A DNA stretch of 64,000 bases from Eledone cirrhosa (Eukaryota). This document shows positions 48,501-60,729 of the stretch, one piece after another. Where the stretch lies: the NCBI GenBank assembly GCA_964016885.1, contig OZ024746.1, positions 69,254,001-69,318,000 on the forward strand. The letters run 5' to 3'. A program made the position numbers and the translations under genes. Position 1 is the first letter of the stretch, and every line of letters starts with the position of its first letter. The notes beneath the pieces are model-generated. The model worked only from the letters and a program-made list of their open reading frames with translations, was not told where the DNA came from and ran no database searches.

Positions 48501-50564
48501 AATTTTAGGAAAAGAGAGCTGTAAGAGGAAAATAAAATTATGAAGTTCTCTGTAGTAAAGTACTAATTATAGGTTAACTAAATAAAAAAAACTAATTATA
48601 ATATGTAAAATATAAGTGTAAGATGTATATTAATTAGGTTTATAATATTTGAAGGTTCTTCTAATTCTATGATTGCAAGATATAATTAATTCCTGTCGCT
48701 TATTTAATAGGATTTCCTTAGATTTCATGATTTTAAAAAGTTCCTGGGAGCATAACCTACACTCGTATCTGTTATTTTGATAAGGAGTGTCCTTTTGAGG
48801 ATACTCCAGGTCAGGTTGTAATCGATATTCTTCTTTCTATAATTATTGTTTCAGCCAAGGATGTTGTATTAGCTAATGCGGCATTTTAAAAACTATGTTT
48901 GTGGGTATTAAATCTTACTTTAAACTGGTTAGACGTAGCTCCAATATATGAATAAGTGGAGTCCTTAGTGCTAATTTTACATTCATAGATTATGTTATTA
49001 ATAAGACAATTTCCCTTTAATGGGCAATTTCTTTTGATTCTACAGTTACAATCATTCGTGAATATTATATCAGGGGAGTTAGTCAAATTTGGTGTGGAAT
49101 TTACTCGACTTGTTATAGGTGAAGGAGATGGTGGTTTGTTGCGGTTTATTTTAGTATTATTGTTGGTTTGGTGTGTTGGTGGTATATTTGTGATTTTTTA
49201 AACACTTATATGCGTTGTACGCACTTATATTTTGTTGTATACTTTTGGTAGTGGAGTAGGAAAATTTGACAGTTGATCTATTTAAAATTTGATGGTATTT
49301 ATGGCTTGGCGGGAAGTTTTTCTCTAGGATAGTAAAAAATGTTTAATTTGTAGATTAAATAGAGGATTATACCAAGTAACTCGTCTATTACGGTTTCAAT
49401 ATTGTTTTTTTATATTTATACGATGTATCAGGATGTTTACTAAGAGAGTTGTGAATTTATTATATATAGGTTTAGTTAGATTAACTGATTTAGGTATTTT
49501 AGTCTGATTACTAGGAATTTTGTTAGTAATGTTGTTAACATATATTGCAGTATTAGGATGAATGGTTTTTTGAAAGTCATTATATTTTATGTGAGAAGAG
49601 GTAGAGAAATTAAGTTTTAGGTTGGTAGTTTTGGGTGTAGTATGAGTGACATTTAGGTGTGGGTTTTTCATTTGGTGTTTGTTGGTAATATTGGGTTGTA
49701 TGTTTGAAGTATTATTGGTGCAAGGTATATAGACTAATTTGTTTTTGTGGCCGCTTCTAGCTAAAGCTTCGTTATAAAAGGGCACGTTTTTATCGAATAC
49801 ATCCTGGTTAGATGAAAGGTTAGAGATTCTGAGTGAGATATTATATGCTAGGTTTTTAAGGATAGATCTAGGGTGATTGGATTGTGAGTGTATGTAATGT
49901 AAGTTTTGGTTAGGTTTATGGTAAGGTTGGTAGATACCCGTAGATAGGTCTAAAGTTATATCTAGGAAATTGACTATTTTACTGGTGTTTTCAAATGTAA
50001 TAGTGAGATTGTAATAGTTTTTGAGGAAAGTTCTGATAAGTTATTTTTTTTTTCAATTTCTGATAGGCTAAGATTAGTGGAAAGAAGAAGGCAGTCATCA
50101 CGATATAAACCACCTTTAAGGTGGGGAAAAGAGGAATTAATGTTAAATAGAAGAAAGAGGCCCACAAGATCGGTAATTTGGGCGGAATCACTAGGGCCCA
50201 TAGTAATGTCGAAGAGATTACTATATGTATTTCTGGTCCAGTATTCCTTCTGAAATTCCAGTAGTGTTTGTCTAGCGTCCGTGATAATATTGTCAACCAT
50301 AGTTAAGTTTGATCTATTTTTGGCAAATATCAAGGCTTTGTTCAGGAGTATGGGTGATATAGAGGAATAATAAGCATCTATATCAAATTGTAGAAATGAA
50401 GCAGATGATTTATTTATAATATTAGTAAACCAGTTAATTACCTGGGATGTGTTTTCCCAGAGTGGTAAGTTAACGTGCTTTCCCGAAAAAGGACTGTTTC
50501 CTTGACGCGTTTGTTGCAAGTGAGAATATCTCGAGAGCGGAGGGAGAAATTAACACATGATACA

Positions 50565-50605
<41 letters not shown>

Positions 50606-50621
50606 TTTATATGTAGGTGCA

Positions 50622-50658
<37 letters not shown>

Positions 50659-50659
50659 G

Positions 50660-50700
<41 letters not shown>

Positions 50701-50716
50701 TATATATATGTATGTA

Positions 50717-50752
<36 letters not shown>

Positions 50753-50762
50753 TGTATGTATG

Positions 50763-50858
<96 letters not shown>

Positions 50859-51117
50859 TGGTGTGTGTGTGTGTGTAAATGTGGCTAATTAGCCCATCTA
50901 CATAGGCGAAAAAGTTATATATTTTCGCCTGTTTCAAATTCCAGCAGAGAGCAGGAGAAGTACCTCTGCTGAAATGCTCTAGACGGCGCTAGCCGTCAGC
51001 TTTTCAATATTCATATCTAGAAGGCTTTACAGATGTTTATTCGTAAACATACCGGATATCATTAGATATACGAAATTCACATACACAGCTATGCCGGAGA
51101 GAAAACTTTCATTATGT

Positions 51118-51161
<44 letters not shown>

Positions 51162-51163
<2 letters not shown>

Positions 51164-51200
51164 GATTTTCTGTGCCAAAACGGCTCCAGGAGACAAACCG

Positions 51201-51281
<81 letters not shown>

Positions 51282-51379
51282 TGTGTATATAAATAAATAA
51301 ATATATATATATATATAAATATTTAAATATATATATATGCCGGTTTGTCTCCTGAAGTCGTTTTGGCACAGAAAATCAT
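51162..51379. mobile_element. MITE-like element: ~39-bp inverted repeats enclosing only microsatellite
   Basis: atgattttctgtgccaaaacggctccaggagacaaaccg / cggtttgtctcctgaagtcgttttggcacagaaaatcat. Confidence 0.65.
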
Positions 51380-53207
51380 GTCAACAATGCCCCTGGGGTG
51401 TCAAAAACCACACGGCTACTATGCTGTATATCCACAATTCTCATCGAGGAAAAAGGCGACGTCTGAAGGCTCCGAATCCTCTTCCAACCATTATTCGGAA
51501 GCTGGCTACCGAGCCGCAGCTAATTCACCTTCATCACTCATCACAAGGATGACGCTGTTGGTCACTTGAAACCTTTTCACCAAGGTGACTAAGGAGTCCC
51601 ATTTACCTCGATTTTGAAATCAGACAAACTACTAACTAAGGTCTAACCATTTTTTTTTTTTACACATTATTAGATGACCGTTGACTATCCTAAGTTCCTC
51701 CGCCCTTTGACGGGTTTTGCCTTTCATTCTGCTGTGTGTCCAAAACCCATCATCTCCACCAAGAAAGTTTGGTGAAGTTGCCGGTTTAATTGCCGACAAC
51801 CCGACCAAACTCACTATCTTCAGTTCGGTGTTTGTGCCCAACCTTACCCATGGTCATGAATCTTGGGTAATGACTGAAAGAATACGATCGCGAATACAAG
51901 CCGGTCTCAAGAACACAACACCCAACCCGGTCCAGGAATCGAACCCACAGCATTATGATTGTAAGTCCAACACCTTAACCACCAGAAGACGCGCCTTCAC
52001 AAAGTTAAATATGTATAGCGTAGGAAGTTAATTCTACATCCTTGAAAGACAATGTTACATATATTCGTGGTGTAGAAACCCACTATAAGCGTATCAGTTA
52101 ACACACCACTCCACTGCCTTTAACTCTTGATGGAGTAGGAAAGGTGCTGTACTGATACATGGCGTATCTTGGGCATTAAAAACCTGGTGGAGTCTATCCC
52201 TCTCCAGGTCGTAATCCAATCCATTTCTTCCAGAGAAAACGTCATACACAAAGTGGAAGAATCGACCCCAGTATTGGACTGCCCCTTTATTTATCGACTT
52301 CAGGAAGATAAAAGGCAAATTTGAACTCAGAGGTCAGTGAACCGAAACAAATATTGAAGTGCCAATGATATAAAAGTATGACGCATTGCTGTTAACTATA
52401 TAGTATTTAAGATCAACATTAATAAATATTATATAAAATATTATATAAAATATTATATAAAATGCGCGGTGGATTGGCAGTATCGGTAGAGGGTCGGACG
52501 CCATGCTTTGAAGCATAGAGTTACCTCCCTGTATGATCTGAGTTCAAATCCCGCCGAGGTTAACTTTGCCTTTCATCCTTCTGGGGTCGATAAAATAAAG
52601 TACCAGTAATGCACTGGGGAATTGCTTGCCTTGTGCCAAAAGTAGAAACAATTATATAAAATGCTCAAATCTACTTCTCTAAATAACAGGCGTGTGTATC
52701 TGTTTGAGATACCAATATGTTTTGTTTTGTTTTTGTATAAATGTGTTTGTCTGTGTTATTGTAATTTTCTTTTTGTTTTTGTATTATCATAAAATCCTGT
52801 GTTAATATTATTATAAATGTTTTCCTTGAAGGTATGATCAACGCTACCACTATTGTGACTCATATCTCTCACTGCTACCCCAGAAGGAGAAGCCATTTGG
52901 AATAACTAGTAAACAAATTTTTACAAAATCTAAAATCTAAACTGTTCAAGGACAAACCTATTTTTCCTCCCCAAGGTAAACGACGCAGACAATGAACAGT
53001 TCCAGTCTTCTATCGACAAAATAATACAAAAGACAATTTCTTCATTATGCACAAACATGGTAAATCAGAATCTTACACGCGACAACAGTAACAAAAAAAA
53101 AAAACAACGACCACATCAACAGCAACCATAACTACAACAATCACAACTACAACTGCAACAACAACAAAAACAACAACAGAAACATTAATAGCATCAACAG
53201 CAGCAGC

Positions 53208-53245
<38 letters not shown>

Positions 53246-53559
53246 CTCCAAGGTCTACAACAACAATCACGACAGCAATAACCACAAGAACTACTACACC
53301 AATCACAACAAAATGGTATGATTTCAAACCTGAACGTATCATTGAAAACAACCATGTAAAAATATGGAACATATAGGGAAGTAGAACATTCACAGCCAGA
53401 TATGATATTGTTATACTCAATAAATAGGAAGGAGTATTTTAATTAACTACAAACTCTCCCTCCATTTTATTTTTTCTATTACTATTTCTTTGCAAAAAGC
53501 CACCGATTCCAATCTAACTGTACTACTAATTGTACCCCCACCGGTTGTTGACAATTCTC

Positions 53560-54230
53560 TCCGTCAAGTGGTGCTTAACTAGTGTGCTAATCTGGTCTTT
53601 GTAAGCCTTACGCGCTGGGAACAACGCATTTAGCTTCCAGGAGCCGGGTCTGTCTACGAATTCAATCTACGTCGACATTGCAGATTACAAATTTGTGGTC
53701 TGGGTATACGATCGTTTGTAAATGTAGACACCCTACGCCATTTCTATTTGCTAACCTAACAACAATATTTTACACCCCTTTTTCTATCAGATATCTCCAT
53801 ACACACCCTTTGTGTATCCAAGATGCCGTTCCAGCCCCTTCCCTGCTAACAATAAAGAGCAAGGCGTTCCAAGAAAGACTTCTAGACATTTGAAAAAATC
53901 AAGCTGTCTCGCCCCTGTCGTGTCATAGATTGTCACAAGTTTGAAGGTACCACCTTCACCGTCCGAGTCAAGGAAGATCAACCATATCTAAAGGTTCGGG
54001 CTTTTCTGAAATAGCATTGGCACTTTACTTCCATTCCAGACGGACTAAGGGATACATAAATCTCAAACTCGTCAAAAATTGGTGCCAATTCTCGTGTGTC
54101 AGAATCCTAGTCTCATCTGACGGCTGTCGCATATATAGTTAGTGACCTGAAGTCGTTGAGTAATCGACCCTGCTATCTGGGCGATTCCAGGCTATGTATG
54201 TTTATGCAACCTACTCTTAGAACTGCCATG
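53560..54230 (-). mobile_element. Degenerate L1/Tx1-like APE endonuclease fragment
   Basis: MAVLRVGCINIHSL.., FKLVTIY and DFFKCLEVFL..LLLAG, with frameshifts. Confidence 0.6.
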
Positions 54231-54367
54231 CTGAAAATAAAGACAGTTACTGCAGTAACATCATCATCAGCAACTTGTTTATAATACTTTGATCAGAGGT
54301 AAACTAAAACAGAGCTTATTTACGGTTAAATAATGCGCATATTTTATTAAGAGTTAATCGTAATCTA

Positions 54368-54490
54368 CTGGCTGCCCGCAAGTGAGAGCCCCGCGATGTG
54401 GAGTGACTGTTCCAGCGCGTCTCCCTCGCCGTCCTCCGGGGCAATCAATGTATTCTCCATCCTGTCGGCCGGGACCATGGGGCGGATGAC
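54368..54490 (+). mobile_element. Short CRE-like 3' fragment
   Basis: ttccagcgcgtctccctcgccgtcctccgg..ttctccatcctgtcggccggg matches 43455-43515. Confidence 0.75.
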
Positions 54491-54720
54491 ATATTAGAGT
54501 AGGAGTAGATTGGCAGTCTTCAGACGAAAGGGTTAATAATGCCTACACACACACACACTTATACACTTACACACTGCATACAGTAATATATCAAACAACC
54601 GTTTGCTTCTTGCTAACATATAATTCAAAATTTTCAAAATAATGAAAGAATACTTCTACACTACTTTTTCAACGATATTGTTTCAAAGAATTTACTGTAA
54701 CTATATCTATATCGAAAAAC

Positions 54721-54895
54721 ATCATTATAAGCTGATTTATGTGAACTAGTGTCTTCATCTTGGTTATAATTGCAGCGTTTCGGCCTTTGTACACTCCTGC
54801 CGATTTCAAGTATCTGTCGAACTCGACAATGTTCTCGGAACACTAGTCCAAATAAATCAGTTTATGATAATGATAATTCCTCATTTCAGAAATCC
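54721..54895. mobile_element. Degenerate PLE-derived inverted fragment with eroded hammerhead
   Basis: Inverted arms 54721-54752 / 54840-54872. The minus strand reads ttgaaat-cggc..ggcc-GAAA-cgctg. Confidence 0.45.
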
Positions 54896-54976
54896 ACGCA
54901 AATGAACAACTCAATGTAATATAGTAATTTCAGCAAATATTTAGCCAGTCTTATGTTGTTGTATGGCAAGAAACTA

Positions 54977-54984
54977 TGACGTCA
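54977..54984. promoter_or_regulatory. Palindromic CRE (TGACGTCA) upstream of the EB1-like ORF
   Basis: Perfect TGACGTCA 330 nt upstream of the ATG, and a near-site cGACGTCA at ~55031, in otherwise CpG-poor DNA. Confidence 0.35.
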
Positions 54985-55306
54985 TTTAGTTTTCTTACGT
55001 TCTTACCGTTTTCACAGATGTAAGAAACCTCGACGTCATAACGCACGCATCTATATTTTTATATACACACACACACACATACATACACATACACACATAT
55101 GTATACATATGCAAGTATATAGAAATTGATTAAATTTCAACTAGAGGCAAATACTAAATAAGTATTTTACTTTATTTGTAATGTATTTCGAAAGGCTGAA
55201 TTGGTAATGGTGTAGAAATCGCGAAAACTAACTTGACAACAGTCTTACTAATAAATCTGACGACAACTGTAGTCTTTAGACTATAGTGAGATCTGTCTGA
55301 TTAGTA

Positions 55307-57580
55307 ATGAACGCCAAAAATGTACCAAAAGGTGTTGTTTCAAACTTTTGCACGGTTAAAAATATCAGCCAAAACAAACTTCTTGCTTGGTATCGGGATA
55401 AAATTTCTCCACAAATTAGAAACATCAAAGAATTAGGAACTGGAGTAGATTTCTGTCTAGGTATGGAAATTCTTTTCCCTGGATGTATTGGGCTGCACAA
55501 GATTAAATACAACAACCCGGGAATGTCAGATCGGCGTCAAAATTTTAAGCATTTCCAAACAGCGTTGAATGCTATGGGCGTAACCAAAGATATTCCGATA
55601 GAAAAACTGGAATCCGAGAGTTACCTAGAGAATTATTATTTTGCTCGTTGGTTTAAATGTTTCTTTGAAGCTAACTATACGGGTCAGGTGTATGACTTAA
55701 AAATTCTTCGACCATGGAATCAAATGAAAATAGCCAGCGAAAACAAAAGCGAAACAAAAAGAATTGGCTGTGGGGACTGTTTGTTAAGAAATAACCCGAG
55801 TTTAAGAAATAGTTCCTGGAAGCCCCCAAATTTGAAACAGAATATTCCCGTGAGACTTCGAATAAACTCGAATATTATGGCTAGTGTAAGACGAAAATCG
55901 ACTAATGATAATAGCTCTCAAACAGAAAATAATCATTACGAGTCTATTGATGAACATCTTGTGTTTGTAAAATCTATAATTGACGAACTATCGGAAGTGA
56001 ACAGAAACATGGATCAAACCAATAACTTTCTAGAAGAAAGTAAAGCTGAACTACAGTTAGAAAAGGACACTCTGTTACAATCCAATAACAAACTAGAAAC
56101 TGATTGCGAAAACTATCGTAGCAACATTATGGAACTGAAAGAAAAACTAGAAATATTAGAAAAGGAAAATGTTCGTGTTAATGAATTAAATAATAACGTC
56201 TATCAGTCTAACGAGAAAATACATCAACAGAATTGTGAACTGCAAGAAAATATAAGTAAGTTAAAACAATGTAATGAAGGACTTACTCAAGGTTTAATGG
56301 AACTGAAACGTTGTAACATAGCACTGGAAAACACTAATCAGCACATTTTGGAATGCAATACTGTTTTAGAACGGGATAACAAAAAATTTAAGAAAAAGGA
56401 GCGTGAGTTTGAAAGCACTATGAAAAGCTTGATTCGCCGAAATCTGGAACTTGAGAGAGATCATAAGATGTTAAAGCAAAGGTTTGATGAAATTGATGCA
56501 AAAGACAACGAATTCCAGAAACATATTGATCAGTTAGAACAATATAACAAAAATCTAATTGCAGAAGCTCAAGAACAAAATGCGAAAAATGACAGCTTAG
56601 TTAAACAACAAAAACAACTAATAAGTGAGAATAAAACTTTGTTGGAAACCTGTGAATTTCTGACAAAAAATCTTGAAAGTGCAAATGAATACAACGATTC
56701 TATAGAAATGCAAGGACACAATTATCAGCAAGAAGTCTTTGAGCTTGAAGAGGAAGTAAAGCGTTTAAAACGCACATTGTCTCAAAATGTTCTCAAAGAA
56801 CACGACAAACAATTAAACAATCTAGTATATGAAAATAATGAATTAAAAGAAGAACTTAAACGTGCAAAGAATTTCAAAACTCAGTTTGAAGTTCTTGAAG
56901 GAGAAATGAAAAACCTGAACAAGACAAATGCTGATTTGGAAAAACTTAACAAGTATCTAAAGGAATGCAATGGGAGTCTTGGAGAAAAGGTAAAGCAATC
57001 AAATCAGTTTAATAAAGAATTAACTCAAGAAATTAACGAGTCCAGCCAAACTATCTTAAGTTTAAAGCAAAAGTTGGAATGTCTAAGCGAGACTGCTGAA
57101 CTTTCCAAATTTGAGAAAGATGAAATGATAAAACGTATTAGAATTTTGGAACCGCAAATTCTTGATATAGCTCAACGTTGTATTGGTCTCTCCGAGAAAA
57201 TCAAATACTTAACAGAATATAACGCAATTCTCCAAGAAAAATTAATCGATGCAGTTCGAGAAAATTATGAACAAGAAGGTCAAAATATAATCTTATTGAG
57301 GAATAAAGCATCCCTAGAATCCAAGATAACTGAGTTGCTTCATTATAATGTAATATTAGAAGAAAATAAACAAGATTTGATGAAATCTAATGCAGAACTT
57401 CAGCTTATAAATCGTAATTTGCTTTTCCAAAATGAAAAAATGGAACAAAAGAACAACGGTGCGCCCATACAATTTGAAAACTCATCCAGTAACGTTGCAC
57501 TTTTTACAGTTAAAATCAATGTAGATGATAACGACGAAGACCCCATACTTCGTTTCAAAGTACAAGAACCAAATTCATGA
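55307..57580 (+). CDS. Intronless EB1/MAPRE-like CH-domain protein with very long coiled coil (757 aa)
   Basis: Uninterrupted 757-aa ORF. Residues ~20-130 (LLAWY..IKELGTGVDFCLGMEILFPGCIGLHKIKY..QNFKHFQ..MGVTKDIPIEKL..ENYYFARWFKCFFEANYTGQVYD) align by eye with the EB1 CH domain (MLAWI..[71 protein letters not shown]). The remainder is E/K/N/L/Q heptad-rich. AATAAA lies at 57650. Confidence 0.9.
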   Translation: MNAKNVPKGVVSNFCTVKNISQNKLLAWYRDKISPQIRNIKELGTGVDFCLGMEILFPGCIGLHKIKYNNPGMSDRRQNFKHFQTALNAMGVTKDIPIEKLESESYLENYYFARWFKCFFEANYTGQVYDLKILRPWNQMKIASENKSETKRIGCGDCLLRNNPSLRNSSWKPPNLKQNIPVRLRINSNIMASVRRKSTNDNSSQTENNHYESIDEHLVFVKSIIDELSEVNRNMDQTNNFLEESKAELQLEKDTLLQSNNKLETDCENYRSNIMELKEKLEILEKENVRVNELNNNVYQSNEKIHQQNCELQENISKLKQCNEGLTQGLMELKRCNIALENTNQHILECNTVLERDNKKFKKKEREFESTMKSLIRRNLELERDHKMLKQRFDEIDAKDNEFQKHIDQLEQYNKNLIAEAQEQNAKNDSLVKQQKQLISENKTLLETCEFLTKNLESANEYNDSIEMQGHNYQQEVFELEEEVKRLKRTLSQNVLKEHDKQLNNLVYENNELKEELKRAKNFKTQFEVLEGEMKNLNKTNADLEKLNKYLKECNGSLGEKVKQSNQFNKELTQEINESSQTILSLKQKLECLSETAELSKFEKDEMIKRIRILEPQILDIAQRCIGLSEKIKYLTEYNAILQEKLIDAVRENYEQEGQNIILLRNKASLESKITELLHYNVILEENKQDLMKSNAELQLINRNLLFQNEKMEQKNNGAPIQFENSSSNVALFTVKINVDDNDEDPILRFKVQEPNS

Positions 57581-57649
57581 ATTTTGGACAGTACTTGGTT
57601 GATATATGTTCAGGTAGAAATGACAGAAAGCAAATTTAGTTGTTTAATG

Positions 57650-57655
57650 AATAAA
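57650..57655 (+). promoter_or_regulatory. Candidate polyadenylation signal of the EB1-like gene
   Basis: AATAAA ~70 nt after the stop codon, followed by a T/GT-rich tract (gtattgattgtttt). Confidence 0.5.
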
Positions 57656-57833
57656 TGGAACAGAAATCTGGTATTGATTGTTTTATGAGAGAAAAAAAGG
57701 AACCGTTGTAATCACTATATTTACAAAGCTTAATATACAGAATTATTAGATTTTCGTCTACATCCACACAACCATATATTATTCATACACGCATGCCTAT
57801 ATATTTGCCTATGAGTTTATACATATATAAACA

Positions 57834-57901
<68 letters not shown>

Positions 57902-58344
57902 TACATACCCCCCCACACATATATATATGCATACACCCATATATACACAGACACACGCACACACACTCATATATATATATATGCATACACCCATATATAC
58001 ACAGACACACATACATATATATACATATATATATATACACACACATAAAAAAATATATATATATATACACATACACACACATGTATATAATATCTTTTAA
58101 TGTATGCATCATAAACTTAAATTATTCATTTAGAAGCATGACATTAGAAGGAAAAATTCAAGCCAGAATTGACCTCGGAAATTGAATTACGAATCTCTTG
58201 TATACCGTACGCGATCCTTTCAACTTTTATCCAGCTTATGTTGTGCTTATAAATGTATTATTTAAGTTTATCTTACATAAAAAATTCTTAACCGTTTATA
58301 TTATACTACATTTTTATTCTTAGATTATTTCAGTCAACAGGAAC

Positions 58345-58910
58345 TTAACATCGACCCAAACAGCTTTTAACAACATCTATCAACCACCAAGTATAGAAAC
58401 CAATCTATAAAACATCTGTCTACACGAAGCAGATAACATCATGAGAGTTGAGACGGGGCTTCTTAAGAAATACTCTCTGAATGATGACCAAAAATATACA
58501 CTCAGAGAATTTGAAAACACTTCCTCAGCGAATCAGTGGATGAAAAGCTGTATGCTTACCAGCAGAAAGTCATGCATGGTTATGCTGTCAGAAAGTTTCA
58601 AAGTGAGAGTAATATAGATAGCCAAAGTAGTTTATCTAGACCAACAACCGGTATATCAACTCTCCCTTTGAAGGACATGCTTTTGCAATCCAAGAACAAT
58701 AAGTACCAACGAAATACTATTTGTACAAAAGAGATTGAGATGAATCAAAAACATCTAGATACGACAACAGATGCAGACAGAGGATGTCTCCCACATTATA
58801 AGCATTTGTTTGAAGATGCCATCACAGTAGTATCTACGTATAAGGCTGATGTCGTGGCGAACACGCTATACGATGCAATCCTCAGAAAAGACAGTCCCGA
58901 AGATAAAAAC
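58345..58910 (+). mobile_element. Degenerate R4-like fragment, opposite orientation
   Basis: YQQKVMHG.., LQSKNNKYQ and VANTLYDAILRKDSP are homologous to 63370-63830. Confidence 0.75.
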
Positions 58911-58929
58911 AACAGAGCTTGTTTTCAAT

Positions 58930-60195
58930 CTGTGGTACCAAGCAGCAATATCAGGCCGGTCATGTTTTAATTTGTTGATAGTTTTTATTTTTAGATTCCT
59001 CCAATATTCCTTTGAGCCATCTGTCTCAATATGTTTATCCTCATTTGTTCTTCCTCTTGCCTTCTGCAGCGCATGACAAATCGTTCTGGCTACATCATGC
59101 CTCATGAGTAGGTAGTAACGAGAAGACACTCTTTTTCAGTTGACAACAATGAGGCTAACATATTCGGTCTTTTATTTTAGACCACTTACATTTATTCTCA
59201 GCTGATAATTTTCTTTTTTTGTGCAGTAAAAAGTTGGTGTGGATTTCTTGTTTCTGGATTGTATGGAGGTATTTTTCAAGGTGGAATGTTATAAACTTGT
59301 AGGAACTCGGTCAAACGTTTAGAGAGATTTATCTCTTCAATGGTCTGCGTTTTCTGTCTCAAGTACTCATATACAACTTTTTCAGGAAACTAATCCATTT
59401 TTGTTTATTTTGTGCAATCATTGAGTAGAATTTTCAAATGTTCCTGGAACAGAAACTTGTGTCAGCTTTTATTTCAAGTATCTCTTCAAGTTCACTGGAT
59501 GTCCGAACAATGTTGTTGTTTTCATGCTCATAAATTTGGCGAAATGGTTAGTGATCATTTTCGTTTGATACAAATGTTCCTTCAGTATCTCGTACAATGC
59601 TAATACTGATTTCCTTCTTATGCAGGAAACATACCCTATCCACGCCCCCACTGATGTTAAAGATTCCAGTTATATTGAGCAGCTTTCGAGTCCTTACATC
59701 CATCTCATTCAATTCGTACAGTTCAGAAGGCCAAATGTTGGCGTTAGTATGGGCCAGCTAAGGTGTTGTGGGCAATGTACTTGTAAGCTGAGTGTTCTGA
59801 TGAACATATTCTCTTTACTCTGCTGAGGTATTCATCTCATCCAGTCCAAGACATACATAGTTGTCAGCAGATCGTATGTATGTATGTATGTATGTATGTA
59901 TGTATGTATGTATGTATGTATGTATGTATGTATGTATGTATGTATGTATGTTATCTCTTTCTCTTAATTTCGAGTATATTTTTTTGACCAGCCACCTTCC
60001 TGGTGGCAAGGTTGTAAAAGAAAAGAAATTGTCATCCCTTGAATCGCAAGAATGTTTTGCAATTTTTTAAGGTGCCAGATATCGCAGCCATTTGTAGACT
60101 ATGAATTAGGGAGCTGCGCTCTTTGTCCGCAAATCCAAGTTCAGTCATACTTTGGTCCAAGCGGGTTGGTATATAACCCGTAGCTCCAATAATGA
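58930..60195 (-). mobile_element. Fragments of a more divergent RLE retrotransposon family, split by (TATG)n
   Basis: SSRYYLLMRHDVARTIC..LKHDRPDIAAW and IIGATGYIP..LQMAAISGTLKNCKTFLRF*. Confidence 0.75.
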
Positions 60196-60249
60196 TGTAT
60201 GTATTTATGTATGCATATATATGCAATTTCTGTATGTATGTGTGTATAT

Positions 60250-60725
60250 GCAATTTCTGTCAGCATGTACTCCTCTCAAAGGCTGGTTATGTTAATCACC
60301 TAAAATCACACGAAAGGATAACCACCTGCAACACCACTCAACAAAGACCTGGCGGAACAACGTGCGTGATATGCAACAAAGTGTGTAGAACTAGTTCCGG
60401 ACTAAAAAGACACATGTTGATAAAGATTGTGTCTCACAGGATGACACCGCCGGTCCTGTGGAAAGCACAACTCTCTTCTGTTACCTGTGTGGTAAACCAT
60501 GCAGATCTACAACTGGCCTACAAAGTCATCTACGGAGTCTTGGACGCAGATAGGATGATAACGAAGAGTCAATTATAGACGGCAATCGTCTGTGAAGACG
60601 CTGCAATCTTCATGTATGTATGTATGTATGTATGTATGTATGTATGTATGTATGTATGTATGTATGTATGTATTATGTGTGTTTGTACGTACGTACGTAT
60701 GTATGAATATGCATGTATGTATGTG
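60250..60725 (+). mobile_element. LINE 3' end encoding C2H2 zinc fingers, with (TATG)n tail
   Basis: CNFCQHVLLSKAGYVNHLKSH, CVICNKVCRTSSGLKRHM and CYLCGKPCRSTTGLQSHLRS, then a short UTR and (tatg)n. Confidence 0.65.
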
Positions 60726-60729
60726 TATG

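Larger units (their letters stand above)
47764..50520 (-). mobile_element. 5'-truncated, frameshifted Penelope-like element, Naiad-type (RT + C-terminal GIY-YIG)
   Basis: RT motifs FLQFDIDAYYSSI, FDITMGPSDSAQITDLVGLFLL and GLYRDD. CNCRIKRNCPLKGNC-IIY..YIGATSNQFKVRFNTHKHSF, then ECRLC. The 3' non-coding region carries a hammerhead. (TA)n on both flanks. Confidence 0.88.

Noticed and set aside
48740-49060. Selenocysteine-type Naiad
   Set aside because: The Cys positions in CNC..CP..C and CRLC are TGT/TGC codons, not in-frame TGA.
50438-51369. YI/CV/HT-repeat ORFs (also 26703-27251 and 57783-58185)
   Set aside because: Translations of (TA)n, (TG)n and (TATG)n microsatellites.
60192-60578. Host C2H2 zinc-finger gene
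   Set aside because: Frameshifted, with no valid start, and followed by a short UTR and (TATG)n tail like the other LINE 3' ends.
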